A stretch of 64,000 nucleotides of DNA, from positions 1 to 64,000 of the forward strand of contig NZ_MWQY01000012.1 in NCBI RefSeq assembly GCF_002087085.1, given 5' to 3'. Below, piece by piece: positions 8,132 to 19,128 of this stretch. Under the pieces are notes generated by a model that ran no database searches, was not told the origin of the DNA, and worked only from the letters and a program-made list of their open reading frames with translations. The position numbers and the translations under genes were made by a program. Numbering within the stretch: position 1 is the stretch's first letter; every line of letters starts with the position of its first letter.

Positions 8132-9133
8132 TCAGCGGCTTCGGGCTTCACCGTTTTCGATGATTACCGAGGCCCGGTCAATAATATCGGCAGGTACGGT
8201 AACGCCGATCTTCTTTGCCACATCCAGATTCAGGATCAGCTGATCCAGGTCTCCGGGATCCGACATGAACTGCGTGGGAATATTTGAAGGGTCTTCTCCC
8301 TCCAGAACTCTGGCTATCAGTCGGCCGGTTGCCCGTCCATGCCTGTAGTAATCGAATCCCAGGGCGGCGAAAACCTCATAATCAACTGCCGAAGTCGGGT
8401 CAGCTGACATAACGGGAATGTTCTTATCCAGAGCCGTCTGCACAACCGACTGCAGGGCGGAAAAGACGGTATTGTCGGTGCTCACATATATGGCATCGAC
8501 CCGGTTCAGGATGGCCTGGGTCGCCTGCTTTACTTCCGAGGAGTTGGTCACCGTGGATTCCACAAACTCTATACCCATGTCGGCGCACACATCCCTGGCG
8601 ATTCCCGCCAGCACAACGGCATTGGCTTCTCCGGTGGAGTAGACATGGCCGAGGCGCTCTACCTTCATAAGCCGGGTCAGCAGTTCGATCTGCTCCCGTA
8701 CCGGAGTCATGTCGGAGTAGCCGGTAATGTTGTCTCCGCCCTCATTCAGGGAGGTAACCAGCCCGGCACCCACGGGATCTGTCACCGCCGAGTAGATTAC
8801 CGGAAAATCGGTAATCGTCGATGCCAGGGCCTGGCTTGTGGGGGTCGCTATACCGACAGCGATATCCACTTTGTCGTTCTTGAACTTTATCGCGATTTGT
8901 TTTGCCGTGTTGGGGTCTCCATTGGCATTCTGCAGATCATAGCGGATGTCCGGGTAACCCAGCTCCGCCAGTTCGTCCTGAATTCCCTTCTCGATGGAAT
9001 CCAGAGCCGGATGGCTGACAATCTTCGAGATTCCGATGCTGATAGCGCCGTCATCGGCCTGTTCGGCACTGCCTTCGGCGAACAGACAGACTGCCGTCAA
9101 AGCCGCAAGCAGAATGCAGGTAATCTTTTTCAT
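8132..9133 (-). CDS. ABC transporter substrate-binding protein
   Basis: Signal peptide MKKITCILLAAL after GGAG RBS; IVSHPALD, AVTDPVGAGLV motifs. Confidence 0.85.
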   Translation of the reverse strand: MKKITCILLAALTAVCLFAEGSAEQADDGAISIGISKIVSHPALDSIEKGIQDELAELGYPDIRYDLQNANGDPNTAKQIAIKFKNDKVDIAVGIATPTSQALASTITDFPVIYSAVTDPVGAGLVTSLNEGGDNITGYSDMTPVREQIELLTRLMKVERLGHVYSTGEANAVVLAGIARDVCADMGIEFVESTVTNSSEVKQATQAILNRVDAIYVSTDNTVFSALQSVVQTALDKNIPVMSADPTSAVDYEVFAALGFDYYRHGRATGRLIARVLEGEDPSNIPTQFMSDPGDLDQLILNLDVAKKIGVTVPADIIDRASVIIENGEARSR

Positions 9134-9270
9134 AGTATTCTCCTGTTCCGGTTTTTCCTGTTCTAATGTTACTTTACATAGAAACACATTTACAATACGG
9201 CACAATCTGCCCTTCCGTCAAGTGCTTTCAGCTGGACTTTTCCCTTTTCCCGGGCTACTTTTCATATACC

Positions 9271-10074
9271 ATGACAATTTCACCAAAAGAACGTTCATTA
9301 AACAGAAAAATTCTCAAGCGACTCAAAGCCTATCCCCACAGCCTGGCGGAAATTCTGCTGGAAGACCCGGAGGTCCGGGCCATGCAGGAGTACGCCAATA
9401 CGGTATCGATAAAACGCCTCGGCTTCAACGATCACGGCCCGGTACACATGCGGGTAGTACTGATGAACGCCATTACCATGATGGAACTTCTGCGCGATGC
9501 GGGAATACCCACAAGTCTTGAGACCGAGGAGACCGGCGATTTTAACGACAGCCTGAGCGCCGTAATGCTGGCCTCCTTTCTGCACGACCTGGGCATGAGT
9601 ATCGGCCGGCAGGACCACGAGCTGCACAGCACCTACCTGGCCTATCCCATAATCGACCGCCTCCTGAAGGAGGTCTACCCCGATGATCTGCAGAAGCGGG
9701 TGGCCCTCCGATCCCTGGCAATCGAGGGCATCGTCGGGCACATGGCCCACCACACCATCCATTCCCTGGAGGCGGGGGTCATCCTGGTTGCCGACGGCTG
9801 CGATATGGAGCGGGGCAGGGCAAGGATACCCATGTTTCTGAACACCTCCCCCAAGGTGGGGGATATTCACAAATACTCCGCCAATTCAATTGAAAAGGTG
9901 ACCATCGAGGCCGGGAAGGAACTTCCCGTCAGGATTCAGGTGGACATGTCCACGGAGGTGGGATTCTTTCAGGTTGAGGAGGTGCTCCTGACCAAGATCG
10001 CCAGGAGCACCATGAAACCCTATATAGAACTCTTTGCCGGGGTAATCGGCGGAGAGCTTAAACGCTACCTTTAG
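9271..10074 (+). CDS. HD-domain phosphohydrolase
   Basis: NDHGPVH, LHDLG, ADGCD motifs. Confidence 0.8.
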   Translation: MTISPKERSLNRKILKRLKAYPHSLAEILLEDPEVRAMQEYANTVSIKRLGFNDHGPVHMRVVLMNAITMMELLRDAGIPTSLETEETGDFNDSLSAVMLASFLHDLGMSIGRQDHELHSTYLAYPIIDRLLKEVYPDDLQKRVALRSLAIEGIVGHMAHHTIHSLEAGVILVADGCDMERGRARIPMFLNTSPKVGDIHKYSANSIEKVTIEAGKELPVRIQVDMSTEVGFFQVEEVLLTKIARSTMKPYIELFAGVIGGELKRYL

Positions 10075-11849
10075 AGCTCTTCATCGGGCAGTTCCACCCG
10101 GATGTGGAGCTCCTCCAGCTGTTTCTCCGAGACTTCCCGGGGGGAACCCATCATCGGTTCCTGGGCCTTCTGGTTCATCGGAAAAGCCACGATCTCCCGC
10201 AGGTTCTCAACATTCGCCAGCAGCATTATGATACGGTCCAGCCCGGGGGCGATTCCCCCGTGGGGGGGTGCACCGTAACGGAAGGCGTTGATCATCCCCG
10301 CAAACTGGGAGTCAACCTCTTCCCGGGTGTAGCCTCCGATCTCGAAGGCCCGGTACATCACTTCGGGCTGATGGTTCCTGATTGCTCCTGAAGAGAGCTC
10401 CTCTCCGTTGCAGACCAGGTCGTACTGGAAGGCCAGGACCTCCAGGGGATCCTTTTCGTTCAGCGCCTCGAGGCCTCCCTGGGGCATGGAAAAGGGATTG
10501 TGGCTGAACTCGATTTTCCCGGTGTGTTCGTCCCGCTCGTACATGGGGTAATCGACGATCCAGCAGAAGCGGAAGCTGTTCTTTTCAAGCAGGTCCAGGT
10601 CCCTGCCCAGTTTGTTGCGTACCTGTCCGGCGATGGCGGCGGCGCTTCTGCTCTGGTCGCAGACAAAGAAAACCACGTCCCCGTCGCTCACGTCGCAGGC
10701 ATCGGCAATGGCCTTTATCCTCTCCTCGGAGAGAAACTTGGCGATGGGGCTCTTGACCTCACCGTCGGTCCAGGTAATATAGGCCAGTCCCTTGGAACCT
10801 ACGGACTGGGCATACTCGATGAGTTTGTCAAAGAAGGAGCGGGGCTGCCCGGCAATACCCTTGACCGGCAGAGCCCGTACCACCGCACCGGAGGCGATAG
10901 CCCCGGCGAAAGCCTTGAAATCCGAGCCCTTGAAGGCTTCGGTCACATCCCGGATAACGATGGGGTTCCGCAGGTCCGGTTTGTCCGAACCGTACTTCAG
11001 CATTGCTTCGGCGTAGGGAATCCTCTCAAAAGGCGCGGACGAGATTTTCCAGTCCGAGAACTCGCTGAAAAGCCCGGTCATCAGCTCTTCGATTACGGCA
11101 AAGACCTCATCCTGTTCGACAAAGGACATCTCCATGTCGATCTGATAGAACTCTCCGGGGCTGCGATTGGCCCGGGCGTCCTCGTCGCGAAAGCAGGGGG
11201 CTATCTGAAAGTAGCGGTCAAAACCGGCCACCATCATAAGCTGCTTGTACTGCTGCGGCGCCTGGGGCAGGGCATAGAACTGACCGGGATGCAGCCGGGA
11301 AGGAACCAGGAAGTCCCGGGCGCCTTCGGGGCTGGAAGCGGTCAGAATCGGCGTCTGGAACTCGGTAAACCTGAGGGCCTCCATGCGGCGTCGTACCGAA
11401 GAGATAACCTTTGAACGCATCAGGATGTTCCTGTGGATAGTCTCCCGCCGCAGATCCAGGTAGCGGTAGGTCAGACGCAGCTCCTCGGGCTCCTTGTCTT
11501 CGGGGAAAACCTGGAAGGGCAGGGGACTGCACTTTCCCAGAATCTCGTAGTTCTTTATCTCTACCTCGATCTCTCCGGTCTCGATCTTCGGATTCACCGT
11601 TTCCGGGTCCCGGCGCTTGACCGTTCCCGTCACACGGATGCAGTTTTCCTTCTGCAGATGGGCGACTTCGTATTTGAAACCCGATTCGGGGTAGCTGACC
11701 AGCTGGGTAATCCCGTAATTGTCCCGCAGGTCGATAAAGAGGACTCCCCCATGGTCCCGATGGTTATTAATCCACCCGGAAAGGGTCACCTCCTGCCCGA
11801 CATGGGACTCCCGTAATTCATTCAAGCGGTGAGTGCGGTACATACTCAT
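10071..11849 (-). CDS. aspS: Aspartate--tRNA ligase (probably non-discriminating)
   Basis: [33 protein letters not shown]; directly downstream of gatCAB. Confidence 0.95.
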   Translation of the reverse strand: MSMYRTHRLNELRESHVGQEVTLSGWINNHRDHGGVLFIDLRDNYGITQLVSYPESGFKYEVAHLQKENCIRVTGTVKRRDPETVNPKIETGEIEVEIKNYEILGKCSPLPFQVFPEDKEPEELRLTYRYLDLRRETIHRNILMRSKVISSVRRRMEALRFTEFQTPILTASSPEGARDFLVPSRLHPGQFYALPQAPQQYKQLMMVAGFDRYFQIAPCFRDEDARANRSPGEFYQIDMEMSFVEQDEVFAVIEELMTGLFSEFSDWKISSAPFERIPYAEAMLKYGSDKPDLRNPIVIRDVTEAFKGSDFKAFAGAIASGAVVRALPVKGIAGQPRSFFDKLIEYAQSVGSKGLAYITWTDGEVKSPIAKFLSEERIKAIADACDVSDGDVVFFVCDQSRSAAAIAGQVRNKLGRDLDLLEKNSFRFCWIVDYPMYERDEHTGKIEFSHNPFSMPQGGLEALNEKDPLEVLAFQYDLVCNGEELSSGAIRNHQPEVMYRAFEIGGYTREEVDSQFAGMINAFRYGAPPHGGIAPGLDRIIMLLANVENLREIVAFPMNQKAQEPMMGSPREVSEKQLEELHIRVELPDEEL

Positions 11850-11942
11850 GTTTTACCCCGTTGTAGTGTGAAAAAACTGGAAAAAGTTTCCTGATATTAT
11901 CAGATTTAAAACTATCGTTGCAATAAAGCCTCAAGACCCTTT

Positions 11943-13367
11943 TTAAAGACCGAAGCGGTCGCGGATCAGGGCCTGCACCGCCTGGGGGTCCGCCTTGCCG
12001 CCTGAAGCACGCATGATCTGACCCACAAAAAAGCCGATGGGCTTCATGTCGCCGTTTTTCAGCTGCTCCACCGCCTGGGGGTTTTCCGCGGCAATTTTGT
12101 CCACAAGGGCCGCAAGCTCCTCGGAATTGTCCTCCTGCTCGAGGCCACGCTCGGCGACGATGCTCTCAGGGTCCCGGTCCTCTTCCAGCACCGCCTCCAG
12201 AACCTCCCGTGCCCCGTTGCGGTTGATCCGGTTCTCATCCACAAGGCGGATAAGCGTCGCAAGGCGTTCGGGACTCAGGCTGCTCGAGGCGATCTCCTCC
12301 TCCCGCCTCTTCAGGTATTTCTGCACGTCTCCGGTAATCCAGGCGGCGGCGTTCTGAGGCTCCGATCCCAGGGCGACAACGGCTTCAAAATAATCAGCCG
12401 TGCTTTTTTCCTCCGTCAGGAGTTCAGCCTGAACCGCCTTGAGCCCCAGTTCCTCGACAAAGCGGGTCCGCCGCGCCAGGGGCAGTTCAGTCATGGCCCC
12501 GTCCACCCGGGACAGAAAAGCCTCGTCCGGCCGGAAAGGGGGCAGGTCGGGTTCGGGAAAATAACGGTAATCGTGGGCGCTCTCCTTGGACCGCATGGAT
12601 TCGGTCCTGGCCGACGCTTCGTCCCAGAGACGGGTCTCCTGTACGACCTTCTCGCCTCGTTCAAGGAGTTTCTTCTGTCGGCGGATCTCGTGATTCAGCG
12701 CCAGGCGCAGGAACTTCGAGGAGTTGACGTTCTTGATCTCCGTTTTGGTCCCCAGTCCCTTTCCCGTCAGGTTCACGGAGATGTTTCCGTCGCAGCGCAG
12801 GGAACCTTCTTCCATGTTGCCGTCGCAGACCCCCAGGTAGCGTACCAGGCTGCGGAACTGCTGCAGAAAGGCTTCGGCATCCTCTCCGGTCGTCAGGTCC
12901 GGTTCGGTAACGATTTCCAGCAGGGCGGTTCCGGCGCGGTTGTAATCCAGGAGGCTCCCTGAAGCGGAGTGGATCATCTTGCCGGCATCCTCTTCCAGGT
13001 GAATGTCGTGTATCCTGACCCGTTTTACCTGGCCTTCCACATCGATATCGAACCAGCCGCCGGTCCCCACGGGGGAATGGAACTGGGATATCTGGTAGTT
13101 CTTTGTCATGTCGGGGTAAAAGTAGTTCTTTCGGTCGAAGATTGCAGATTCTGCCGGTGTGCAGTTCAGGGCCTTCCCCACCAGATAGGACATGAACATG
13201 GCCTCTTCGTTCAGGGCCGGCAGAACCCCGGGGTAGCCCATACAGACGGGACAGACATTGGTGTTCGGTTCGTCTCCAAAACGGGAGGCGCAATCGCAAA
13301 AAACCTTGCTTGCAGTAAGCAGATGTATATGAATCTCAAGACCGATAAAGGATTGATACTTGCTCAT
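11943..13367 (-). CDS. gatB: Asp/Glu-tRNA amidotransferase subunit B
   Basis: IGLEIH, FDRKNYFYPD, LEEDAGK, RSKESAHDYRYFPEPDL. Confidence 0.95.
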   Translation of the reverse strand: MSKYQSFIGLEIHIHLLTASKVFCDCASRFGDEPNTNVCPVCMGYPGVLPALNEEAMFMSYLVGKALNCTPAESAIFDRKNYFYPDMTKNYQISQFHSPVGTGGWFDIDVEGQVKRVRIHDIHLEEDAGKMIHSASGSLLDYNRAGTALLEIVTEPDLTTGEDAEAFLQQFRSLVRYLGVCDGNMEEGSLRCDGNISVNLTGKGLGTKTEIKNVNSSKFLRLALNHEIRRQKKLLERGEKVVQETRLWDEASARTESMRSKESAHDYRYFPEPDLPPFRPDEAFLSRVDGAMTELPLARRTRFVEELGLKAVQAELLTEEKSTADYFEAVVALGSEPQNAAAWITGDVQKYLKRREEEIASSSLSPERLATLIRLVDENRINRNGAREVLEAVLEEDRDPESIVAERGLEQEDNSEELAALVDKIAAENPQAVEQLKNGDMKPIGFFVGQIMRASGGKADPQAVQALIRDRFGL

Positions 13368-14752
13368 GAGGGCTCCTTGAATCCCGGGCAGCGCGCCGGT
13401 TCATACACGGAAAGGAACTCCCGGGCGGCGGAAAAGAGCCGTTCTTCGCAGAAGGCCGGGGCGAGAAGCTGCATGCCCACCGGAACATTACCGTCCATCC
13501 CGGCCGGAATACTGAGCCCGGGAATCCCCGCCAGGTTGGCCGCGGCGGTAAACTTGTCCGCCAGTTTCTGCTGGAAGGCATCCATTCCCGACTCACCGTG
13601 GGGAAAAGCGGCCACCGGAAAGGTGGGCATAAGGAGCATCTCCGCTCCCTGGAAAACTTTGGAAAACTCGTCGCCTATCAATGTACGGATCCGCTGGGCC
13701 CGGCCGTAGTACTGGTCCTGAAAACCCGAACGAAGCACATAGGTTCCCAGGAGTATCCTGAGCTTGACCTCGTGTCCGAACCCCTCGCTCCGGGTGTTTC
13801 GCACCATATCGGCGTGGTCCTCCCCTTCTGCCCGGTAGCCGTAGCGTATACCGGTGTAGCGGGCCAGGTTCGCCGAGGCTTCGGCGGTGGCGATGGTATA
13901 GTAGGCGGGGACCACGTAGTCCAGGGTCTTCAGCCTGACCGGGACAATCTCCCAGCCGATCTCCCTGAATCCTTCCAGGGATTTGCGATAAACCGCATCC
14001 ACTCCGGGACTCAGGTCCGAAAGATCCTCCAGAACTGCAATTCGGCGGGATGAAGATTCCCCCGACCGGTCCTCCCAGGGAACGCTGGTCTGATCTTTGG
14101 GGTCCTCCCCTTTTATCGAGTCAAAAACCTGGCGGCAGGTATCTACGTCTCCGGCCAGGATCCCGATGCTCTCCAGGGAGGATGCATAGGCCACAAGGCC
14201 GTAGCGGGAAACCGCACCGTAGGTGGGTTTGAGTCCGTAGACCCCGCAGAAGGAGGCGGGCTGCCGCACCGATCCGCCGGTGTCGCTGCCCAGGGCAAAG
14301 GGCACCAGCCCAGCGGCCACCGCCGCAGCCGAACCACCGGAGGAGCCGCCGGGAACCCTCGCCGGGTCCCAGGGATTGGAACTTGCCCCGTGTACTGAGT
14401 TCTCGCAGGAGGAACCCATGCCGAACTCATCCAGGTTGCACTTTCCGTAGACCCGGGCGCCGGTGGCTTCCAGCCGTTCCACCGCGGTGGCGGTATATGG
14501 CGAGATAAACCCCTCCAGTATCTTTGACCCGCAGCTCAAACCGAGGCCTTTAACAGCGATATTGTCCTTGACCCCGTAGGGAACCCCCGCCAGGGCCCCC
14601 TCCCCGTTTCCGGGCCGGGGATCTATCTGAACAAAGGAATTGATCTTCTTTTCCCATTCGTCAACGTAGCTTCGGTGAGCCGCTGCCCGGCGGGGATCGT
14701 CCAGCATGCCGCGCCAGGAAGCCGGTATTGCGTTTGTTCGTGTGTTTTTCAT
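13364..14752 (-). CDS. gatA: Asp/Glu-tRNA amidotransferase subunit A
   Basis: Amidase signature GGSSGGS...GSDTGGSVRQPA. Confidence 0.95.
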   Translation of the reverse strand: MKNTRTNAIPASWRGMLDDPRRAAAHRSYVDEWEKKINSFVQIDPRPGNGEGALAGVPYGVKDNIAVKGLGLSCGSKILEGFISPYTATAVERLEATGARVYGKCNLDEFGMGSSCENSVHGASSNPWDPARVPGGSSGGSAAAVAAGLVPFALGSDTGGSVRQPASFCGVYGLKPTYGAVSRYGLVAYASSLESIGILAGDVDTCRQVFDSIKGEDPKDQTSVPWEDRSGESSSRRIAVLEDLSDLSPGVDAVYRKSLEGFREIGWEIVPVRLKTLDYVVPAYYTIATAEASANLARYTGIRYGYRAEGEDHADMVRNTRSEGFGHEVKLRILLGTYVLRSGFQDQYYGRAQRIRTLIGDEFSKVFQGAEMLLMPTFPVAAFPHGESGMDAFQQKLADKFTAAANLAGIPGLSIPAGMDGNVPVGMQLLAPAFCEERLFSAAREFLSVYEPARCPGFKEPS

Positions 14753-14767
14753 ACCCTGATCCCGTCC

Positions 14768-15049
14768 TTATCCGAGGACCTTGGGAATCCGGAAGAAACG
14801 TTCCTGCCGGTCCGGACTGTTGGACAGGATCCCTTCCGAGAGGTCCCCGGTTCGAGCCTGATCCGGACGGGTCCGGTTGCCCCGGAGTCCCACGTGGGTG
14901 GTAGCTTCAATACCTTCCACGTCGATGCCCTTCATCAATTCAAAATATTCCAGAATGCGGCCGACCTCATCCTCGAAGGCTGCCCGTTCATCCCCGGACA
15001 GATTCAGGTTTGCCAGTTCGGCGGTAACGTCGAGTTCTTTTTCTTCCAT
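14768..15049 (-). CDS. gatC: Asp/Glu-tRNA amidotransferase subunit C
   Basis: Small protein ending FFRIPKVL upstream of gatA; the start could instead be the GTG at 15061. Confidence 0.85.
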   Translation of the reverse strand: MEEKELDVTAELANLNLSGDERAAFEDEVGRILEYFELMKGIDVEGIEATTHVGLRGNRTRPDQARTGDLSEGILSNSPDRQERFFRIPKVLG

Positions 15050-15307
15050 GATTGGAGCCACTCTACCGGAGTATTCTTCCCTCTGTCAATACAAGAAGCT
15101 AACTGTTTACACGACAACGGATTAAATAGTTTTCGCCGCCCATCGAAACTCTCTCCCGGTGGTCCGACCGATTTGACTTTTTATCCGCAATACTGTATTC
15201 TTAAAACTTATCCTGCAACATAACCTTTTATCGACTATAAAAATACACAGAACGGTTTTAGTGTATTATAATTGTCGTGTATACCCCGATACGGGTAAGG
15301 AGTATTC

Positions 15308-16732
15308 GTGGTCAAGACGGGCTTTCCCACTATTCACTTCTATGACCAAGATTTTGTAGATCTTTACGATCGGACCTGGGCCTGGCTCGAAGACTTCTGG
15401 GCCAGGGGGACGAAAAAAAACGGCCTTGAATCACGCTTTTTCTGTTATCCCTCCAGTGAGACGGTAAACCAGTTCGACGCCTGCCTCTCCACCTTCTTTC
15501 TGGTCTACAGCAACAAGGTGTACCCGGCGTCTCCCTCGCTGGATAACTTCTATGCCAAGCAGGAGGAATCCGGAGCCATCCGCGGGGAATACAATATCGC
15601 CAGCGGTAAAGCGGTTCTCACAGACGAGAACCCCGAAGGTGCCGCTCCGCCCCTTTTTTCCTACGCCGAGTACAACCTCTATCATAAAGAGGGAAACAAG
15701 AAGCGCCTGAAAGAGGTCATGCCGATCCTGGAAAAGTACTTCGACTGGCTGGAGACAACCTTCAAGGACGATACAGGGATGTACAGCGTACCCTTCGCGG
15801 CCCTCTACATGCCCAACGCTCCCCGGACACAGGCCAAATACCCGGTGGATTTCAATACCCAGCAGGCCATCAACGCCCTCTATATGTCCGCCATCGGAGA
15901 CGTATTGAACGACAAGGAGATGAGCTTCAAATACAAGAGGCACTATTTCTCCCTGAAAACCCGCATAAACTCCCAGATGTGGGACAGCGAAACCGGCTTC
16001 TATCATGATCTGGACGAGAACCAGCAGCGCCTTCCCCAGAAGACCATCGCCGGATTCTGGCCCCTCCTGGCGGAGATTCCCAACGAAGACCGGGCCAACA
16101 GCATGATAGACCACCTGAAGAATCCCAGTACCTTCGGCCTGGAAAACCCCTTTCCGACCCTTTCGGCGGATGATCCCGATTTCTCCGAGGAGGGTGAGGG
16201 CTGCCGCGGATCGGTGGTGCCGGCTTTTACCTTTATGGTCGTCAAAGGACTGGAAAAATTCGCCCGCTACGAGCTGGCCCGGGAATGCGCCATCCGTCAC
16301 CTCTACTATATGCTGGACACCCTGCATCCCGAAGGCAAGGAGAAGGGCAACATCTACGAGGCCTATGCACCCCGGCGGGACGGACCGGCCAAATGGACAG
16401 GGAACCCCGACTACCCCCGGCCGCTCTACCTGGCGTATGCCGCCCTCTCGGCAGTGACCCTGATGATCGAAAACATCATCGGTCTGTACATAAGCCTGCC
16501 CCGCAAGACCGTGGACTGGATAATCCCGACCCTGGAGATCATGGGTATAGAGGGACTCTCCCTGAAGCGGAACATGATCACCATCCTCAGCAACAAGAGC
16601 GGACGGGGCTGGGAAATCAGGCTGGAATCGGAAAAGCTCTACTACTTTACCATTAATATCCTGAGCGAGCGCAAAAAGAAGACCCTGCCCATCCCCTCGG
16701 GCAAGTGCTCCATGCTGATCGATAAGCTGTAG
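15308..16732 (+). CDS. Glycoside hydrolase of the (alpha/alpha)6 GH63/MGH1/trehalase-like group
   Basis: PPLF, MWDSETGFYHD, GFWPLLA, FPTLSADDPDF motifs. Confidence 0.65.
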   Translation: MVKTGFPTIHFYDQDFVDLYDRTWAWLEDFWARGTKKNGLESRFFCYPSSETVNQFDACLSTFFLVYSNKVYPASPSLDNFYAKQEESGAIRGEYNIASGKAVLTDENPEGAAPPLFSYAEYNLYHKEGNKKRLKEVMPILEKYFDWLETTFKDDTGMYSVPFAALYMPNAPRTQAKYPVDFNTQQAINALYMSAIGDVLNDKEMSFKYKRHYFSLKTRINSQMWDSETGFYHDLDENQQRLPQKTIAGFWPLLAEIPNEDRANSMIDHLKNPSTFGLENPFPTLSADDPDFSEEGEGCRGSVVPAFTFMVVKGLEKFARYELARECAIRHLYYMLDTLHPEGKEKGNIYEAYAPRRDGPAKWTGNPDYPRPLYLAYAALSAVTLMIENIIGLYISLPRKTVDWIIPTLEIMGIEGLSLKRNMITILSNKSGRGWEIRLESEKLYYFTINILSERKKKTLPIPSGKCSMLIDKL

Positions 16733-16744
16733 GGGTAAAAGGGC

Positions 16745-17518
16745 ATGAGTTTTTTCGGCAAGTTCATCGGCGGAACCATCGGCTTTCTGATGGGCGGCCC
16801 CCTGGGGGCGATTGCGGGAGTGGCCTTTGCCCACGTTCTGCAGCAGTCCCAGGATGCGGACCGGATCTCCGGGTCCTCCTACTTCCGCAACTACAACCGC
16901 CGCATGAACACCACCGAACACTCCCACATGACCTTCTTTGTGGGAGCCTTCTCCCTGCTGGCCAAACTGGCCAATGTGGACGGAGAGCTGACCCGCAACG
17001 AAGAGGCGACCATCCGGCGTTTCATGATCGAAGAGCTCAGGCTCGATCCCACCTCCCAGTACACCGCCCTCAGGATATTCGACGCAGCCCTCAGCACCGA
17101 TCAGGACTACGGCGACATCGCCCGCCAGTTTTACCGGGAGTTCCGTAACCGTCCCCAGATCCTGGAGCTGATGATCGACATCCTCTTCCGTGTGGCCATA
17201 GCCGACGGGGGTGTGAACAAAGCCGAGGGAAGCATGATCCTGAACATCGCCAGGATCTTCAACTTTCAGCAGTACCAGTACGACCGGATCAAGGAACGCT
17301 ACGTCGCGAACACCAACAAGTACTACGCCATCCTGAACTGCCGCCCGGAAGACAACGACGAGACCATAAAAAAGTCCTACCGCAAGCTGGTCCGGGAAAA
17401 CCACCCCGACGCCATCGCCGCCAAGGGACTTCCGGACGAATTCCAGAAGGTCGCGGCTGACAAGTTTCGCCAGATCCAGGACGCCTACGAGCATATCCGC
17501 AAGGAGCGCGGATTCTAG
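16745..17518 (+). CDS. djlA: Co-chaperone DjlA
   Basis: N-terminal GKFIGGTIGFLMGGPLGA TM segment, TerB-like middle, C-terminal J domain with HPD. Confidence 0.85.
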   Translation: MSFFGKFIGGTIGFLMGGPLGAIAGVAFAHVLQQSQDADRISGSSYFRNYNRRMNTTEHSHMTFFVGAFSLLAKLANVDGELTRNEEATIRRFMIEELRLDPTSQYTALRIFDAALSTDQDYGDIARQFYREFRNRPQILELMIDILFRVAIADGGVNKAEGSMILNIARIFNFQQYQYDRIKERYVANTNKYYAILNCRPEDNDETIKKSYRKLVRENHPDAIAAKGLPDEFQKVAADKFRQIQDAYEHIRKERGF

Positions 17519-17524
17519 TACAGC

Positions 17525-18280
17525 ATGATCCGGCTGCGCTTTTACGAGGAGCTGAACGACTTTCTCGACCCGGAACGCCGCAAGTGCAGCTTCTCGATTC
17601 CCTTCAATTTTACCAGGAGCGTAAAGGACCTCATTGAATCCCTGGGAGTCCCCCACGTGGAGGTCGATCTTATCCTGGTCAACGGGGAATCCGTGGGCTT
17701 CGACTACCTGGTACAGGACGGCGACCTGATCAGTGTTTACCCCGTCTTCGAAGGCCTGGATATCTCCGAGGTTACCCGGCTGCGGCCTCAGCCCCTGCGG
17801 GAGTCCCGCTTTATAGCCGACGTGCATCTAAAAACCCTGGTGCGAAAACTCAGGATGCTGGGTTTCGATACCCTCTACGATCCCTCCTGGGACGATCCGG
17901 AGCTGGCGGCGGTCTCCAACAGGGAGGAGCGGATACTCCTTACCCGGGACCGGGGATTATTGAAGCGCAGTATAGTACGCCGCGGACTCTATATCCGGTC
18001 CCACCGTCCCGATGAACAGCTTCGGGAGGTGATTCGTCGCCTGGATCTTTCAAAAAGCGCCCGGCCCCTCAGCCGCTGCATACGCTGCAACGGGCCTCTG
18101 GAACGCATCGGTCTGCAGAAAGCCCTGGACGAGAACAGCGACGGGGCTCCAATCCCCCGGGATGTTCAGGAGGAGCAGAAGGAGATATCCCGCTGTACCC
18201 GCTGCGGAAAGTTCTACTGGCGGGGCAGTCACTACGACAGGATGATTGCCCAGATAAGAAGTATCCTATTTTCTGCTTGA
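17525..18280 (+). CDS. Mut7-C ubiquitin-like/RNase domain protein
   Basis: RFYEELNDFL...SVKDLIESLGVPH; FIADVHL...LRMLGFD...RILLTRDR; CxxC...CxxC...YWRGSH. Confidence 0.85.
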   Translation: MIRLRFYEELNDFLDPERRKCSFSIPFNFTRSVKDLIESLGVPHVEVDLILVNGESVGFDYLVQDGDLISVYPVFEGLDISEVTRLRPQPLRESRFIADVHLKTLVRKLRMLGFDTLYDPSWDDPELAAVSNREERILLTRDRGLLKRSIVRRGLYIRSHRPDEQLREVIRRLDLSKSARPLSRCIRCNGPLERIGLQKALDENSDGAPIPRDVQEEQKEISRCTRCGKFYWRGSHYDRMIAQIRSILFSA

Positions 18281-18321
18281 GTGCCGGCATCGGCCATGGT
18301 AGTATCTGACAGAGGAAAAAA

Positions 18322-19128
18322 ATGGTCAAAACAGACGAACACCCGTACTTGATGGAACACAGCGGAGAAGGTGAACGGCTGGTCCGGAAAACCCGGGCCG
18401 AAAGGGTCATACAGCAGGCTCGCTGGGCGGGATTGAAACCTGGAATGCGGGTGCTGGATGTTGGCTGCGGTGCAGGCTTCACCACCTCCCTGCTGGCGGA
18501 AATCTCAGGCAGCGCCGAGGGACTCGATCTCTCCCTGGAGCGTATAGAGAGCGCCAGAAAAAGTTATCCGGAACTCAGCTTTCATCAGCGGGACATCTAC
18601 CAGTCCCTGGAGGGACTTGGTCCCTATGATTTTATCTGGATCCGCTTTTTTCTTGAGTACCACCGCCGCTCCTCCGCGGAAATCATACAGCGAATCTCCG
18701 GGCTCCTTGCAGAGAGGGGGATTCTCTGTGTCGCGGAGCTTGACCATCACAGCCTGAACCATTATCCCATGGACGAGCGGATGCAGCGGACCCTCAGCGG
18801 GCTTTCCGAGTATCTGCAGAAGCATGCCGACTGGGACCCCTATGCAGGACGCAAGCTCTATACACACTTCTATGATGCGGGATTTGAGAATATTGAACTG
18901 CGTTTTGACGCCCATCACCTGATCTACGGAAAAATGGAGAGTGTCCAGGAAAGCGACTGGCTCACCAAGCTGAATGTGGCGGCACGGAAATGCGGATATC
19001 CCTTTGATGAATACGAGGGGGGATTTGACGAGTTTCTTGTGGATGCAGAGAACCTTCTCGTAAACCCGAGACGCTTTACCTATACACCGATAATCATCTG
19101 CCGGGGAATCAGGCCAGACGCTCGATAA
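18322..19128 (+). CDS. Class I SAM-dependent methyltransferase
   Basis: VLDVGCGAG motif I. Confidence 0.85.
   Translation: MVKTDEHPYLMEHSGEGERLVRKTRAERVIQQARWAGLKPGMRVLDVGCGAGFTTSLLAEISGSAEGLDLSLERIESARKSYPELSFHQRDIYQSLEGLGPYDFIWIRFFLEYHRRSSAEIIQRISGLLAERGILCVAELDHHSLNHYPMDERMQRTLSGLSEYLQKHADWDPYAGRKLYTHFYDAGFENIELRFDAHHLIYGKMESVQESDWLTKLNVAARKCGYPFDEYEGGFDEFLVDAENLLVNPRRFTYTPIIICRGIRPDAR

Noticed and set aside
15431..17827. 798-aa minus-strand ORF
   Set aside because: Antisense shadow of three well-supported plus-strand genes, expected from GC-biased codon usage.
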